Source of the DNA: Deltaproteobacteria bacterium
GTDB lineage: Bacteria > Desulfobacterota > Binatia > UBA12015
Direction of reading: 5' to 3'
NCBI GenBank assembly: GCA_046583355.1
Contig: JAYGCM010000029.1
Coordinates: forward strand, 1-43,612
DNA: 43,612 nt
A program made the translations under genes and the position numbers. The notes beneath the pieces were generated by a model. It saw only the letters and a program-made list of their open reading frames with translations, searched no databases and had not been told where the DNA came from. This document shows, piece after piece, positions 27,117 to 36,689 of the stretch (position 1 is the first letter of the stretch; each line of letters begins with the position of its first letter).

Positions 27117-28022
27117 ATGGACAATGGACATTCGGGCAAAGAAGGGCGGGCACGCAACCTGCTGATGGTCGGTGCGGCTCTCGGGCTCCTGCTCGGCGTC
27201 GGCGGCATTCTGGAAAAAGGCCCGTCTTCGGGCGAGGACGTGCCGGAGAATACCGCGGCGTTGGTCAACGGCGTCGCCATCGAGACCGAGGAATTCGAAC
27301 GGGCCGTCGGCCTGCTGGCTGCCGATTCGAAAAATGTGATCGGGCCGCCCGAACGCAAGCATGTGCTCGACCGGCTGATCGAAGAAGAGCTCCTGGTGCA
27401 GCGTGCGCGTGAGCTCGGGGTCGACCAGCATGATAGGCGCGTGCGCTCTCTTCTGGTGCGACAGATGATCGACTCGATCGTCGCCGATGCGCAACCCGAC
27501 GAGCCGAGTCAGGACGATCTCGAAGCCTTCTACGAGACCAATCAGGGTTATTTTGCCCGTACCGGACGGCTCTGGGTCGACCCGCTGCGCTTCACGGCGC
27601 GGCCCGGCAAGCCCACCGGGGAAGCGCAAGAGCGCGCCCGTGCGGCCACCGAGCGGCTGCGCGAGGGCGATGATCCAACCAAAGTAAAGCAACAGCTCGC
27701 CGACCCCTGGGTGATTCCCTTCCCCCGCGGCCTGCTGCCACCGACCAAAGTGCGCGAGTATCTGGGGCCGACGCCGACACGCGCCGCCCTCACGCTCGGC
27801 GATGGCGAGGTCAGTGACCCCGTGCGCGGCGGCTCGGCCTGGTATGTCCTACGCCTGGTCGAGGCCACCCCCGGCCATGTGCCGCCGCTGGCGCAGGTCG
27901 AGAAAGAAGTCCGCAGTGAGATGCAGCGCCGCGCCGGCGACACGGCTCTGCGCTCCTACCTCGACGACCTGCGCGAGCGTGGCGATGTGCGCGTCGGCGA
28001 TATCCAGGGAGCCGCGAATTGA
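27117..28022 (+). CDS. SurA/PpiC-like peptidyl-prolyl isomerase (foldase), membrane-anchored
   Basis: N-terminal TM, ALVNG..I, LDRLIEEELLVQRARELG, GEVSDPV...WYVLRL, PPLAQVEKEV. Confidence 0.82.
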   Translation: MDNGHSGKEGRARNLLMVGAALGLLLGVGGILEKGPSSGEDVPENTAALVNGVAIETEEFERAVGLLAADSKNVIGPPERKHVLDRLIEEELLVQRARELGVDQHDRRVRSLLVRQMIDSIVADAQPDEPSQDDLEAFYETNQGYFARTGRLWVDPLRFTARPGKPTGEAQERARAATERLREGDDPTKVKQQLADPWVIPFPRGLLPPTKVREYLGPTPTRAALTLGDGEVSDPVRGGSAWYVLRLVEATPGHVPPLAQVEKEVRSEMQRRAGDTALRSYLDDLRERGDVRVGDIQGAAN

Positions 28023-29344
28023 CCGGCCCCGGTGCACCTGGAGTCTACGCCGTACCCGACCGGAGTTCCGGGCCCGGTGAACCCCACAGGGCAGCAAGGC
28101 TCGCCGGGCCGACCAGCCAGCGCCACCGGCACAGATGGCGTGGCTTGGCCGCGGCTCTCCTTGTCCTGATGCCCCTCCTGGCCCTGACGCTTTCCGACTC
28201 GGCCTATGCGCATACCAAAAGCGCTTCGTATTCGCGCTGGAATCTGGACGCGACAGATGGCCGCTCGGCAAAGGTGCAGATCCGCCTGCCCTTGTTGGAG
28301 TTGACGCGCTTCCCCGCCGGGCACGATTGGCCCGCCTATCTACAAACCCACCTGCGCCTCTTCGCCGGCGATGCGCCATGTACGGCCACCCTGCCCGTGC
28401 GCCAGGCGCAGACTCCGGTTGGTTGGGCAATTTTCCGTTGGAGGGTCGACTGCCCCGCCCAGGGCGACCTGGTTGTACGCAGCGATGTGCTCGGCGATGT
28501 TCTGAGTTCCCACCTGCATTTCGCACGGTTTGCCGATGGCGAAGGCCGAATTCGCGAGAGGGTGCTGGTCGCCGCTGCGCCCGAGTGGAGCCTTGCCAGC
28601 ACGACATCGGACACGCAAGACGAAGCCGCCGGCACCAGCATATTCGGCTATATCACCCTCGGCGCCGAGCATATCCTCGAGGGCTGGGACCACCTCGCTT
28701 TCATCGCCGCTCTTCTGCTGCTCTCAGCCTCGCTGCGTGAGGTGGCGACACTCGTCACGGCCTTTACAGTCGCGCATAGTATTACGCTCGGCCTGGCGGT
28801 ACTCGGCCTGGTACGGCCGGAGCCACTCTCGGTGGAAATCCTGATCGGCTTTTCCATAGCCCTGGTCGCGGTAGAGAATTCCTGGCTGGTCGGCGGCCGC
28901 GGCCGCGCCGTCCCCCAGCTCTTCGTCGCCGCCCTGCTTCTCGCTGCGGCGCTTTCGCTCACCGGCAGCGGCACGCTCTCGGCGATCGCCTGGGGCGGAT
29001 TGGCGCTCTTTTCCTGGTGTCATTTCGGCCTGCTGCGCGATGCCGCCAAGCCCGCACGCCTGCGCGCCATGGTGGCCTTTGCCTTCGGGCTGGTACATGG
29101 CTTCGGCTTCGCCGGGGTACTGATGGAGATCGAGTTGCCGACCCACCGGCTGCTACCGGCGCTCTTCGGCTTCAATATCGGCGTCGAACTCGGCCAACTC
29201 GCCGTCGTCGCCCTGGTCTGGCCGCTGCTGCGCCTGCTCGCACGCCCCGCGCACGGGGCCTGGTACCGCCTGGTGGCCGAGGCCGGCTCCGCTGCGATTG
29301 CCGGGCTCGGAATCTACTGGGTCGTGATAAGAAACTGGGGCTGA
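28019..29344 (+). CDS. HupE/UreJ-family membrane protein with extracytoplasmic N-terminal domain
   Basis: Signal peptide ending AYA-H; LGAEHILEGWDHLAF, TAFTVAHSITL, FGLVHGFGFAG, FNIGVELGQ. TTG start overlaps the PPIase stop (exact start uncertain). Confidence 0.88.
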   Translation: MTGPGAPGVYAVPDRSSGPGEPHRAARLAGPTSQRHRHRWRGLAAALLVLMPLLALTLSDSAYAHTKSASYSRWNLDATDGRSAKVQIRLPLLELTRFPAGHDWPAYLQTHLRLFAGDAPCTATLPVRQAQTPVGWAIFRWRVDCPAQGDLVVRSDVLGDVLSSHLHFARFADGEGRIRERVLVAAAPEWSLASTTSDTQDEAAGTSIFGYITLGAEHILEGWDHLAFIAALLLLSASLREVATLVTAFTVAHSITLGLAVLGLVRPEPLSVEILIGFSIALVAVENSWLVGGRGRAVPQLFVAALLLAAALSLTGSGTLSAIAWGGLALFSWCHFGLLRDAAKPARLRAMVAFAFGLVHGFGFAGVLMEIELPTHRLLPALFGFNIGVELGQLAVVALVWPLLRLLARPAHGAWYRLVAEAGSAAIAGLGIYWVVIRNWG

Positions 29345-30225
29345 TGAACGTACACCTCGTCGATGGAACCTATGAGCTCTTCCGCCATTATTTTGCCGTG
29401 CCCTCGCATGCGGACGCCGATGGCAAGGAGGCCGGTGCGATCCGCGGCGTCCTGGCCAGCGTCCTCTCGATTTTGGAGGGCGGCGCGACTCATATCGGCG
29501 TCGCCACCGACCATATCGTCGAGTCCTTCCGGAACCAGCTCTACGAGGGCTACAAAACCGGCGAAGGCATTGAGCCGGAACTCCATGCGCAATTCCACCC
29601 GCTAGAAGACGCGCTGGAAGCCATGGGCGTCACCGTCTGGAGGATGACGGAATTCGAGGCCGATGACGGCCTGGCTTCAGCCGCCGCGCTGGCCTGGGCC
29701 GACCCGCGCATCGAGCAGATTCAGATCATGACACCGGATAAGGACCTGGCCCAATGCGTGCAGGGCACGCGCGTCGTGATGGTGGACAGGCGCAAGGGCG
29801 TGACGCTGGACGAAGCCGGCGTGATCGAAAAATTCGGCGTGGCACCGGCGTCCATCCCGGACTACCTGGCCCTGGTCGGCGACGCCGCCGATGGCTTTCC
29901 GGGGCTTGCGGGCTGGGGTGCGAAATCGGCCTCGAAGCTGCTGGCGAAATGGCTGCTGATCGAGGCCATTCCAGACGACCCGGATGCATGGGACGTGGCC
30001 GTGCGCGGCGCGCCCAGGCTCGCCGCCACTCTGGCGAGCGGGCGCGAGGAGGCCGCGCTCTACAAAGACCTGGCAACCCTGCGTACCAGCGCCGCTATCG
30101 GGAAGAGCCCTGACGAATGGCTCTGGACGGGACCACGCGACGATTTTGCGAAAGTCGCCGAGCAGCTCCGCGCCGGAAATCTCGTGCGGCGCGCCGCGCG
30201 TCTGGTCGAGCGCCGCGCTGGCTGA
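29344..30225 (+). CDS. 5'-3' exonuclease / flap endonuclease (standalone PolA N-terminal-like)
   Basis: HLVDGTYELFR, SFRN.LY.GYK, FEADD, TPDKDLAQ, H3TH motif DYLALVGD.ADGFPGL.GWG.KSA. TGATG overlap with the upstream gene. Confidence 0.92.
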   Translation: MNVHLVDGTYELFRHYFAVPSHADADGKEAGAIRGVLASVLSILEGGATHIGVATDHIVESFRNQLYEGYKTGEGIEPELHAQFHPLEDALEAMGVTVWRMTEFEADDGLASAAALAWADPRIEQIQIMTPDKDLAQCVQGTRVVMVDRRKGVTLDEAGVIEKFGVAPASIPDYLALVGDAADGFPGLAGWGAKSASKLLAKWLLIEAIPDDPDAWDVAVRGAPRLAATLASGREEAALYKDLATLRTSAAIGKSPDEWLWTGPRDDFAKVAEQLRAGNLVRRAARLVERRAG

Positions 30226-30235
30226 ACACCGGCTT

Positions 30236-32182
30236 TCAGATCTCGACCTGCGCTCCCAATTCGACCACGCGGTTGGGCGGCAGGCCGAAATAATCCGATG
30301 CGGTCGGGGCGTTGCGCATCAGGAAGACGAAGAGCCGCTTGCGCCACAAAGCCATCCCCGAATGCCCAGTCGAGAAGATCGACTCGCGGCCGAGGAAAAA
30401 GGTGGTGTTCAAGAGGTCGATTTCGCAGCCACGCGTGCGGCAAAGCGCCGCCACCCATTCCATCCGCGGTCGCTCCATGAAGCCGATTCGAACGACGATG
30501 CGCACAAAACCCTCGGACAATTCCTCGATCGTTACCTTGTCCTCGCCGCGCACCTCCGGGCGACGCTCCGTCACAAAGGAGAGCAGGATCACCCGGTCAT
30601 GCAGAGTCTTATTATGCTTGAGGTGATGCAAGAGAACCGCCGGCGTACCGGTCGGATTCGAGGTCATGACCAGTGCCGTGCCGGCTACGCGATGCGGGTG
30701 CGTCGCGGCGACATCGCCAAGGAAGAGGTCAAGCGAAAGGCCGGCTCCGCCGTTAGCGCGGCGCACCTCTTCATGGCCCCGCTTCCAGGTCGTCATGATG
30801 GCAAAAAGCAGCGCACCGACGGCCAGCGGGAACCAAGCTCCTTCGAAGAATTTCACGACGTTGGCGCTGAGGAAAACAAGGTCAAATACGAGAAAGAAGG
30901 CAACCAGAAGACCAGCGCGCAGGCGTGCCCAGCCCCAGCGCTCGCGCGCGACGGCATAGAAAATCAAAGACGTGATTGTCATCGTACCCATCACCGTCAT
31001 GCCGTAGGCTTCGGCGAGTTCGCTCGACTCCTGAAAGCCCAGAACCAGGCAGATGCAGAGGATCATCAGGACGCGGTTTACGGGGGGAATGAAAATCTGG
31101 CCCTCGGCCTCACCCGAGGTATGCACGATGGTGAAGCGCGGCGCGTAGCCCAGTTGCACGGCCGCCTGGGTCAGCGAGAACGCCCCCGAGATCAACGCCT
31201 GTGAGGCGATAATCGCCGCCGCCGTAGACAGGACGACAAGCGGATAGAGGCCCCACGCGGGCGCCATCTCGAAGAATGGGTTGCGGACATCCGTGCCATT
31301 TTCCAGCAGCAGGGCGCCTTGACCCAAATAATTCAGCAGCAGACCGGGCAGCACCACGGTATACCAAGCGGTACGAATCGGCTTCGCACCGAAATGCCCC
31401 ATATCGGCATAAAGCGCTTCGCCGCCCGTGATCACCAGGACCACCGAGCCCAGAACGAGAAAACCGAGCCGGCCCTGCTCCATGAGAAAATGAGCTCCCC
31501 AAAGAGGGTTCAGCGCACCCAGAACGCTCAGATGGTCGGGGGATTGGTCGAGGATTTTCAGGATGCCAAGAACGCCGAGCGTCGCGAACCAGACCAGCAT
31601 GATCGGCCCGAAGATCGACGCGATACCCGCCGTGCCGCGGCTCTGCACGGAGAAGAGTCCGATCAGAATGACGACGGTGATCGGAAGAATGAAAGGTTCG
31701 AAGGCCGGCGTAGCGATGCTGAGTCCCTCGACCGCAGAGAGCACCGAGATGGCCGGCGTAATGACGCCCTCGCCATAGAGCAGCGCGGCACCGAAGAGGC
31801 CCAGCAGAAGCAGAGCCACACGCGAGCGCGGCGCACCCTTCTCGGCGACCCCGGCCTTGGTCAAGGATAGAAGCGCGAGGATGCCGCCCTCGCCGTGATT
31901 GTCGGCGCGCATCACGAAGGTCAGGTACTTGATGGAGATCACGCAGATCAGCGCCCATACCATCAGGGAGAGGACGCCGAGGATATTCTCCTCGTTGATC
32001 GGCAGCGGGTAATGCCCGAGGAAACACTCGCGCAGAGCGTAGAGCGGCGAGGTTCCGATATCGCCGTAGACGACACCGAGTGCGCCGAGCGAGAGAGCCG
32101 CCAATGGCCCCTTGGGCTGCGAAGAATGCTCTTCCGTGGTGGCTTCGGCCTTGGCCGAAGATGGGTTTTCGGGAGTACTCAA
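30236..32182 (-). CDS. kup: KUP/HAK/KT potassium transporter
   Basis: LGVVYGDIGTSPLYA, ADNHGEGG, ITPAISVLSAVEG, TGGEALYADMGHFG, ASQALISG, GQIFIP. TTG start overlaps the mfd stop, with GGAGG upstream. Confidence 0.96.
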   Translation of the reverse strand: MSTPENPSSAKAEATTEEHSSQPKGPLAALSLGALGVVYGDIGTSPLYALRECFLGHYPLPINEENILGVLSLMVWALICVISIKYLTFVMRADNHGEGGILALLSLTKAGVAEKGAPRSRVALLLLGLFGAALLYGEGVITPAISVLSAVEGLSIATPAFEPFILPITVVILIGLFSVQSRGTAGIASIFGPIMLVWFATLGVLGILKILDQSPDHLSVLGALNPLWGAHFLMEQGRLGFLVLGSVVLVITGGEALYADMGHFGAKPIRTAWYTVVLPGLLLNYLGQGALLLENGTDVRNPFFEMAPAWGLYPLVVLSTAAAIIASQALISGAFSLTQAAVQLGYAPRFTIVHTSGEAEGQIFIPPVNRVLMILCICLVLGFQESSELAEAYGMTVMGTMTITSLIFYAVARERWGWARLRAGLLVAFFLVFDLVFLSANVVKFFEGAWFPLAVGALLFAIMTTWKRGHEEVRRANGGAGLSLDLFLGDVAATHPHRVAGTALVMTSNPTGTPAVLLHHLKHNKTLHDRVILLSFVTERRPEVRGEDKVTIEELSEGFVRIVVRIGFMERPRMEWVAALCRTRGCEIDLLNTTFFLGRESIFSTGHSGMALWRKRLFVFLMRNAPTASDYFGLPPNRVVELGAQVEI

Positions 32183-35100
32183 GAACGTGCCTCCACAGGC
32201 TTGGCCAGGCGCGGAAGACTCTCCAGCCGCCCGAGCGCCCAGGCGAGTTCGGCGATCGGCTTGGCGTCGGCATCGACCGTCATCGCCATGGAACCATCCG
32301 GCGACAACTGCCAGCGGCCGCCGCCGCCCTGCACCAGGCGGACCAGCCCCGCGGGGTCGATCTCCGAGGTCGGGTGGAGGCGCAAAGAGAGCAGAGGCCC
32401 TCGGAGTTTCGCCTCGCTGAGCGCGAGTTTTTTCATACGGCGTCGAAGTTCCATCACGTCGAGCAGAGTATCAACGATGGCGGGAAGAGGACCATAGCGG
32501 TCACGCAACTCAGCGGCGAACGATTCGCGGTCTTCCTCGCTGCGCAGCACTGCAAGCCGCTTGTACCAGATCAGGCGCTGGTTCACGTCGTCGATGTAGG
32601 AGTCCGGAATATAGGCAGGCACCGCGATCTGAATCTCGGGCTCGATATCCGGCTCGACCGCCTCGCCGCGCAGCTCGTGCACCGCGTCCTCCATCATTTT
32701 CGTATAGAGTTCGAAACCCACCTCGGTAATATGCCCGCTCTGCTGCTTGCCAAGCAGGTTGCCCGCACCGCGGATTTCGAGGTCATGCGCGGCGATCTTG
32801 AAGCCACCGCCGAGCTCGTCGAGCTCCTGCAAAACCTGCAAGCGCATCTGCGCGTCGCGCGTCAGCACGCGCTGGTCGGGAATCAGCAAATAGGCATAGG
32901 CACGCGCCGGCGAACGACCGACCCGGCCACGCAATTGGTAAAGCTGCGCCAAGCCAAAGGTATCGGCGCGGTCAATGAAGATCGTATTCGCGTTGGGAAT
33001 ATCGAGGCCCGATTCGACGATCGCCGTACAGAGCAGGACATCGAACTCATGCTCCATGAATCCGATCATGACGCGCTCGAGTTCATGCGCCTTCATCTGC
33101 CCATGACCGACCCGGATTTTTGCCTCGGGAACAATCGCGCGCAGCCGATCATGCAGCGCTTCGATCGATTGAACACGGTTGTGGACGAAGAAGACCTGCC
33201 CGCCGCGGCGCAACTCGCGCAGGATCGCGTCACGGATCACATGGTCGTCGGAGCGGGTCACATAGGTGCGGATCGCCTGGCGATCGACCGGCGGGGTCTC
33301 GATCACTGAGAGGTCGCGGATTCCCGAGAGCGACATCTCCAGCGTACGCGGAATCGGTGTTGCCGTCAGCGTAAGGACATCGACGAGCTGGCGCAGCTGC
33401 TTGATCCTTTCCTTATCCTTGACGCCAAAGCGATGTTCTTCGTCGATCACCAGCAGGCCGAGGTTCGAGAACTCGATATCGCCCGAGAGCAGCCTATGCG
33501 TGCCGATGACAATATCGACCTTGCCCTGCTCGATTTCCTTGGCCGTCTCGAGGTTTTCCTTGCGCGAGCGAAAGCCCGACATGGACTCCACGCGAATCGG
33601 GTAACCCTCAAAACGCTTGCGGAACGACTCAACATGCTGCTGCGCCAACACGGTTGTCGGCACCAGAACAGCGACCTGCTTGCCGTCCATCGCCACCGCG
33701 AAAGCGCCGCGCATGGCGACCTCGGTCTTGCCGTAGCCAACATCACCGCAGATCAGGCGGTCCATCGGCTTGGATTTGCCGAGATCCTCGAGCATATCCT
33801 TGATCGCGCGTTCCTGATCCGGGGTCTCGTCGAAGGGAAAGCGTGCCTCGAATTCCTGGTAATAAGGATCGCTGCTGGAAAACGAGTAGCCGACATTGCG
33901 CTGCCGATTCGAGTAGAGCGCGAGCAATTCGCGCGTCATGGAGAGAATCGACTCTTTGGTCTTCTCCTTGAGCTTGCCCCATGTAGCCGAACCGAGCTTG
34001 GCAAGCTCCGGGTGTGCCCCGTCGCCGCCGACGTATTTCTGCACAAGATTCACGCGGTCGACGGGAAGGTAGAGCTTGTCGCCGCCGTGATACTCCAGCA
34101 GCAGATAATCGCCCTCCGAGCCCGCGACATTCAGATGCGTCAAGCCATGGTAGCGACCAATGCCGTGGTCGATATGGACAATGAAATCCTTGGGCTTGAG
34201 TTGCTCGAGAGATTTCATGACCTGGTCGAGCGTCAGCGCAACCCGCTTGCGCCGGCGGGTATGGCGATGCTCACCGAAAAGATTGGTCTCGGCGATGCAA
34301 ACCAAGCGATCGCCCGGCAACTCAATCGACTCCGAGAGTTCCCCTTCGACGATGAAGGTCCCCGGTGCGTCGCGCAGCTCCAAGGCAAGCGGCAGGCTCT
34401 CGCCCGAGACGTCCACCGGGAGTTCCTCGGCCTCCATGATATGCTTGAGCCGCTCGGCCTGGGCGACGGTGCCGACGACCAGAGCGACGCGCGCGCCCTC
34501 GCCCTCCCAGGCGCGGACGCGACTGGCGAGCGCGGCAAAACCCTTCTCTTCATGCGCCATGCGCTGGCCGCGGATGGCAAAGGGCAGCTTCGCCGCGATA
34601 CGCTCGGTCTTGCCACCGGGCGCGTCCAGCCCGTCGAGAACCAAAATGGGTCGTTTCGCGAGGCCCGCCTGCAAAGCCGCTGGGGTGAGAAAGAGCGCCT
34701 CGGCCGGGGCATGCAACCGCCGGTCGCCGATTGCCAGATGCTCGTGCGCCTCGACGCCACTCCAGGTATCGGCCGCAGCCGCGTCCAAGGCGACCGCATC
34801 GTCAAGGACCACCAAGGCGTCCGCGGGAAGATAGGCCGGCAGACCGACCATCTCCGTGAGCAGCGGGCTCAGGGCTTCGAGGCCGGGAAAATGAAGCCCC
34901 TCGCGCACCTGATCGAGCATATTGAGACGCTCCGCACGCGTCATCTCGAGATCGCGGGCGCGGTCTTCCAGACGCCGCAGAGCGGCTCGATCGGAGCGCG
35001 CATGCAGCGGCAATTCGCTGGCCGGCAGGATCAAGGCCTCTTCGCATTCGCCAAGCCGGCGCTGCGAGCGCGGATCGAAGCTGCGGATCGATTCGATGGT

Positions 35101-35730
35101 ATCGCCAAAGAGTTCGATCCGCAGCGGGTCCTGGTGCCCCGTGACGAAAACATCGATCAGACCGCCGCGCACCGCCAACTCGCCGCGGTCCTCGACCAGC
35201 GCACGACGACGATAGCCCCAATCGGCCAGGCGTGCGGCGAGGTCCGTCAGGTCCACATCGTCGCCTTCGACCAGATATTGCACCGCGCTCATCAACAACT
35301 CGGGCGACATCGCGCGCTGCATCGCTGCATCGGGCGTCGTGATGACGATCGGATTGGTCGTCTGGCTGAGGTGGTAGAAGCCCTCGATTCGTTGCGCGAC
35401 TGTCTCGGGGCTGGGCGATATCGGCGCAAAGGGGGCCACATCCCAAGCGGGCAGAACATGCACGCGTTTGGCGAGGGCATCACCGCAGATATCCTCGCCA
35501 AGAAAGAAAATCAGATCCTGCGCGAGCGAATCCGCTGCCTGCTGATCGGGGGCAAGCACGAGCATCGGACGCGGCCTCGCGCGCGCAAGAGCAGCGAGTA
35601 GCGCCGCACGGGCCGGCCCCCGCACACCACCGATATGCTCACGCGCGCCGCCGACCAGGCGCGGAGCCAAGCTCGCGGCGGCCGCCGCGGCCGAGACGGC
35701 CGCGCCTTGCGGATCTGAAGATTCATCCAT
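32179..35730 (-). CDS. mfd: Transcription-repair coupling factor
   Basis: UvrB-like VRGGLIDVF; RID region HIDHGIGRY; CGDVGYGKT, DEEHRFGV, TATPIPRTL, QLRGRVGR, DLEIRGAGNLLG; TRCF domain. Start ATG 35730 (alternative 35781). Confidence 0.96.
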   Translation of the reverse strand: MDESSDPQGAAVSAAAAAASLAPRLVGGAREHIGGVRGPARAALLAALARARPRPMLVLAPDQQAADSLAQDLIFFLGEDICGDALAKRVHVLPAWDVAPFAPISPSPETVAQRIEGFYHLSQTTNPIVITTPDAAMQRAMSPELLMSAVQYLVEGDDVDLTDLAARLADWGYRRRALVEDRGELAVRGGLIDVFVTGHQDPLRIELFGDTIESIRSFDPRSQRRLGECEEALILPASELPLHARSDRAALRRLEDRARDLEMTRAERLNMLDQVREGLHFPGLEALSPLLTEMVGLPAYLPADALVVLDDAVALDAAAADTWSGVEAHEHLAIGDRRLHAPAEALFLTPAALQAGLAKRPILVLDGLDAPGGKTERIAAKLPFAIRGQRMAHEEKGFAALASRVRAWEGEGARVALVVGTVAQAERLKHIMEAEELPVDVSGESLPLALELRDAPGTFIVEGELSESIELPGDRLVCIAETNLFGEHRHTRRRKRVALTLDQVMKSLEQLKPKDFIVHIDHGIGRYHGLTHLNVAGSEGDYLLLEYHGGDKLYLPVDRVNLVQKYVGGDGAHPELAKLGSATWGKLKEKTKESILSMTRELLALYSNRQRNVGYSFSSSDPYYQEFEARFPFDETPDQERAIKDMLEDLGKSKPMDRLICGDVGYGKTEVAMRGAFAVAMDGKQVAVLVPTTVLAQQHVESFRKRFEGYPIRVESMSGFRSRKENLETAKEIEQGKVDIVIGTHRLLSGDIEFSNLGLLVIDEEHRFGVKDKERIKQLRQLVDVLTLTATPIPRTLEMSLSGIRDLSVIETPPVDRQAIRTYVTRSDDHVIRDAILRELRRGGQVFFVHNRVQSIEALHDRLRAIVPEAKIRVGHGQMKAHELERVMIGFMEHEFDVLLCTAIVESGLDIPNANTIFIDRADTFGLAQLYQLRGRVGRSPARAYAYLLIPDQRVLTRDAQMRLQVLQELDELGGGFKIAAHDLEIRGAGNLLGKQQSGHITEVGFELYTKMMEDAVHELRGEAVEPDIEPEIQIAVPAYIPDSYIDDVNQRLIWYKRLAVLRSEEDRESFAAELRDRYGPLPAIVDTLLDVMELRRRMKKLALSEAKLRGPLLSLRLHPTSEIDPAGLVRLVQGGGGRWQLSPDGSMAMTVDADAKPIAELAWALGRLESLPRLAKPVEARS

Positions 35731-35819
35731 GGAGATACCCGATTCCGCTCTGCCCGGACTCGAAAGAGCGAAGGTTAACACTGGAGAAGGGCCGAGCCAG
35801 AGCGGGAGCGCCGCCGGGT

Positions 35820-36590
35820 TCAGGGCTCGACGATCGCCAGAACCGGGATCTCGTAGCGTGGCAGGAGCGCATCGGTGGTCTCGACGACCAACTGGTCTTC
35901 ATGCCCGCCCGGACGCAAATTCGCTGGCAGGAATACCTCCAGCACCATGGCGCGAGCCGGCGGGCAGCTCGGCCCGGTGGCCGCATCGCCCGGCGGGGTG
36001 GCAAGCCGCTTGAGCCGCAACCGCCCGCTGGCACTCGACACCCGCAGGATCCGGATCTCCGGGCCACCGGGGCGCAATACGATCTGCTTATGCGGCCGCG
36101 TGCCGGACGCGACGCGGCCGAAATAGAGCACGCGCGGCTGCGCCAGCACCGGCGCGACGATGGTTCCGCGCAGAACCAGGTGCAAGATCGGCCGCGTAGG
36201 ATCTGTCGTATGCAGCTCAACGACCCGGACCACGGCGCCTGCAAGCGCCTTCGTCTCGACCCGCAAACGGACCTCGGTATGGCCTCCGGCCACCACCGCC
36301 GTCTCGCCGATCTCTACTTCACAGGCACAACTTGCTGCGCCGAGCGCGAGGCCGAGAGGGGCGGCCGTCGGGTTCCCGACAACAAAGCGGGCCTCGATCA
36401 CCGTGCCCGCCGCGACCCGTCCGAAATCCTGCTCCAGCCGGGCGTCGCGATTGTAGGGGGCGCGATCCTCGGCGGCGAAGAGGCGGCAACCGGAAACAGC
36501 CAGAAAGAGCACGCAGACCAATAGAATCCGGAGCCAATCGGCACCAGCGGCGCGGGACGTCAGCCCCGCCCATTTTCTTTGCGGCCGCAC
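35820..36590 (-). CDS. DUF1573-like Ig-fold lipoprotein
   Basis: Lipobox-like LAVSG-C, DFGRV, F...N, SCAC, TTDP..P.L.L, second repeat LYFGRV. Start GTG 36590 follows TTGACG-N17-GACGCT-N6; the ORF track start is 36659. Confidence 0.72.
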   Translation of the reverse strand: MRPQRKWAGLTSRAAGADWLRILLVCVLFLAVSGCRLFAAEDRAPYNRDARLEQDFGRVAAGTVIEARFVVGNPTAAPLGLALGAASCACEVEIGETAVVAGGHTEVRLRVETKALAGAVVRVVELHTTDPTRPILHLVLRGTIVAPVLAQPRVLYFGRVASGTRPHKQIVLRPGGPEIRILRVSSASGRLRLKRLATPPGDAATGPSCPPARAMVLEVFLPANLRPGGHEDQLVVETTDALLPRYEIPVLAIVEP

Positions 36591-36689
36591 CAGTCCAGCG
36601 TCGCCCAGGCGGCGGCGCGCGTCAACGGCAAGCGAATCGAGGCGACCGGCCTCTCGCACTCCGAGGCCGGGCAGAGTAGCATTCCCGAC

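Noticed and set aside
26433..28022. ORF-track long versions 26433-27692 (-) and 26487-28022 (+) implying a large bidirectional gene overlap
   Set aside because: The extensions are antisense shadows. Starts at 27017 (with SD) and 27117 (with -10) give two ordinary divergent genes.
29017..29343. N-terminal extension of the flap endonuclease, and likewise 19165-19284 for VapC and 42409-42561 for TauE
   Set aside because: These overlap upstream genes or promoter regions; family homology begins at the downstream starts used.
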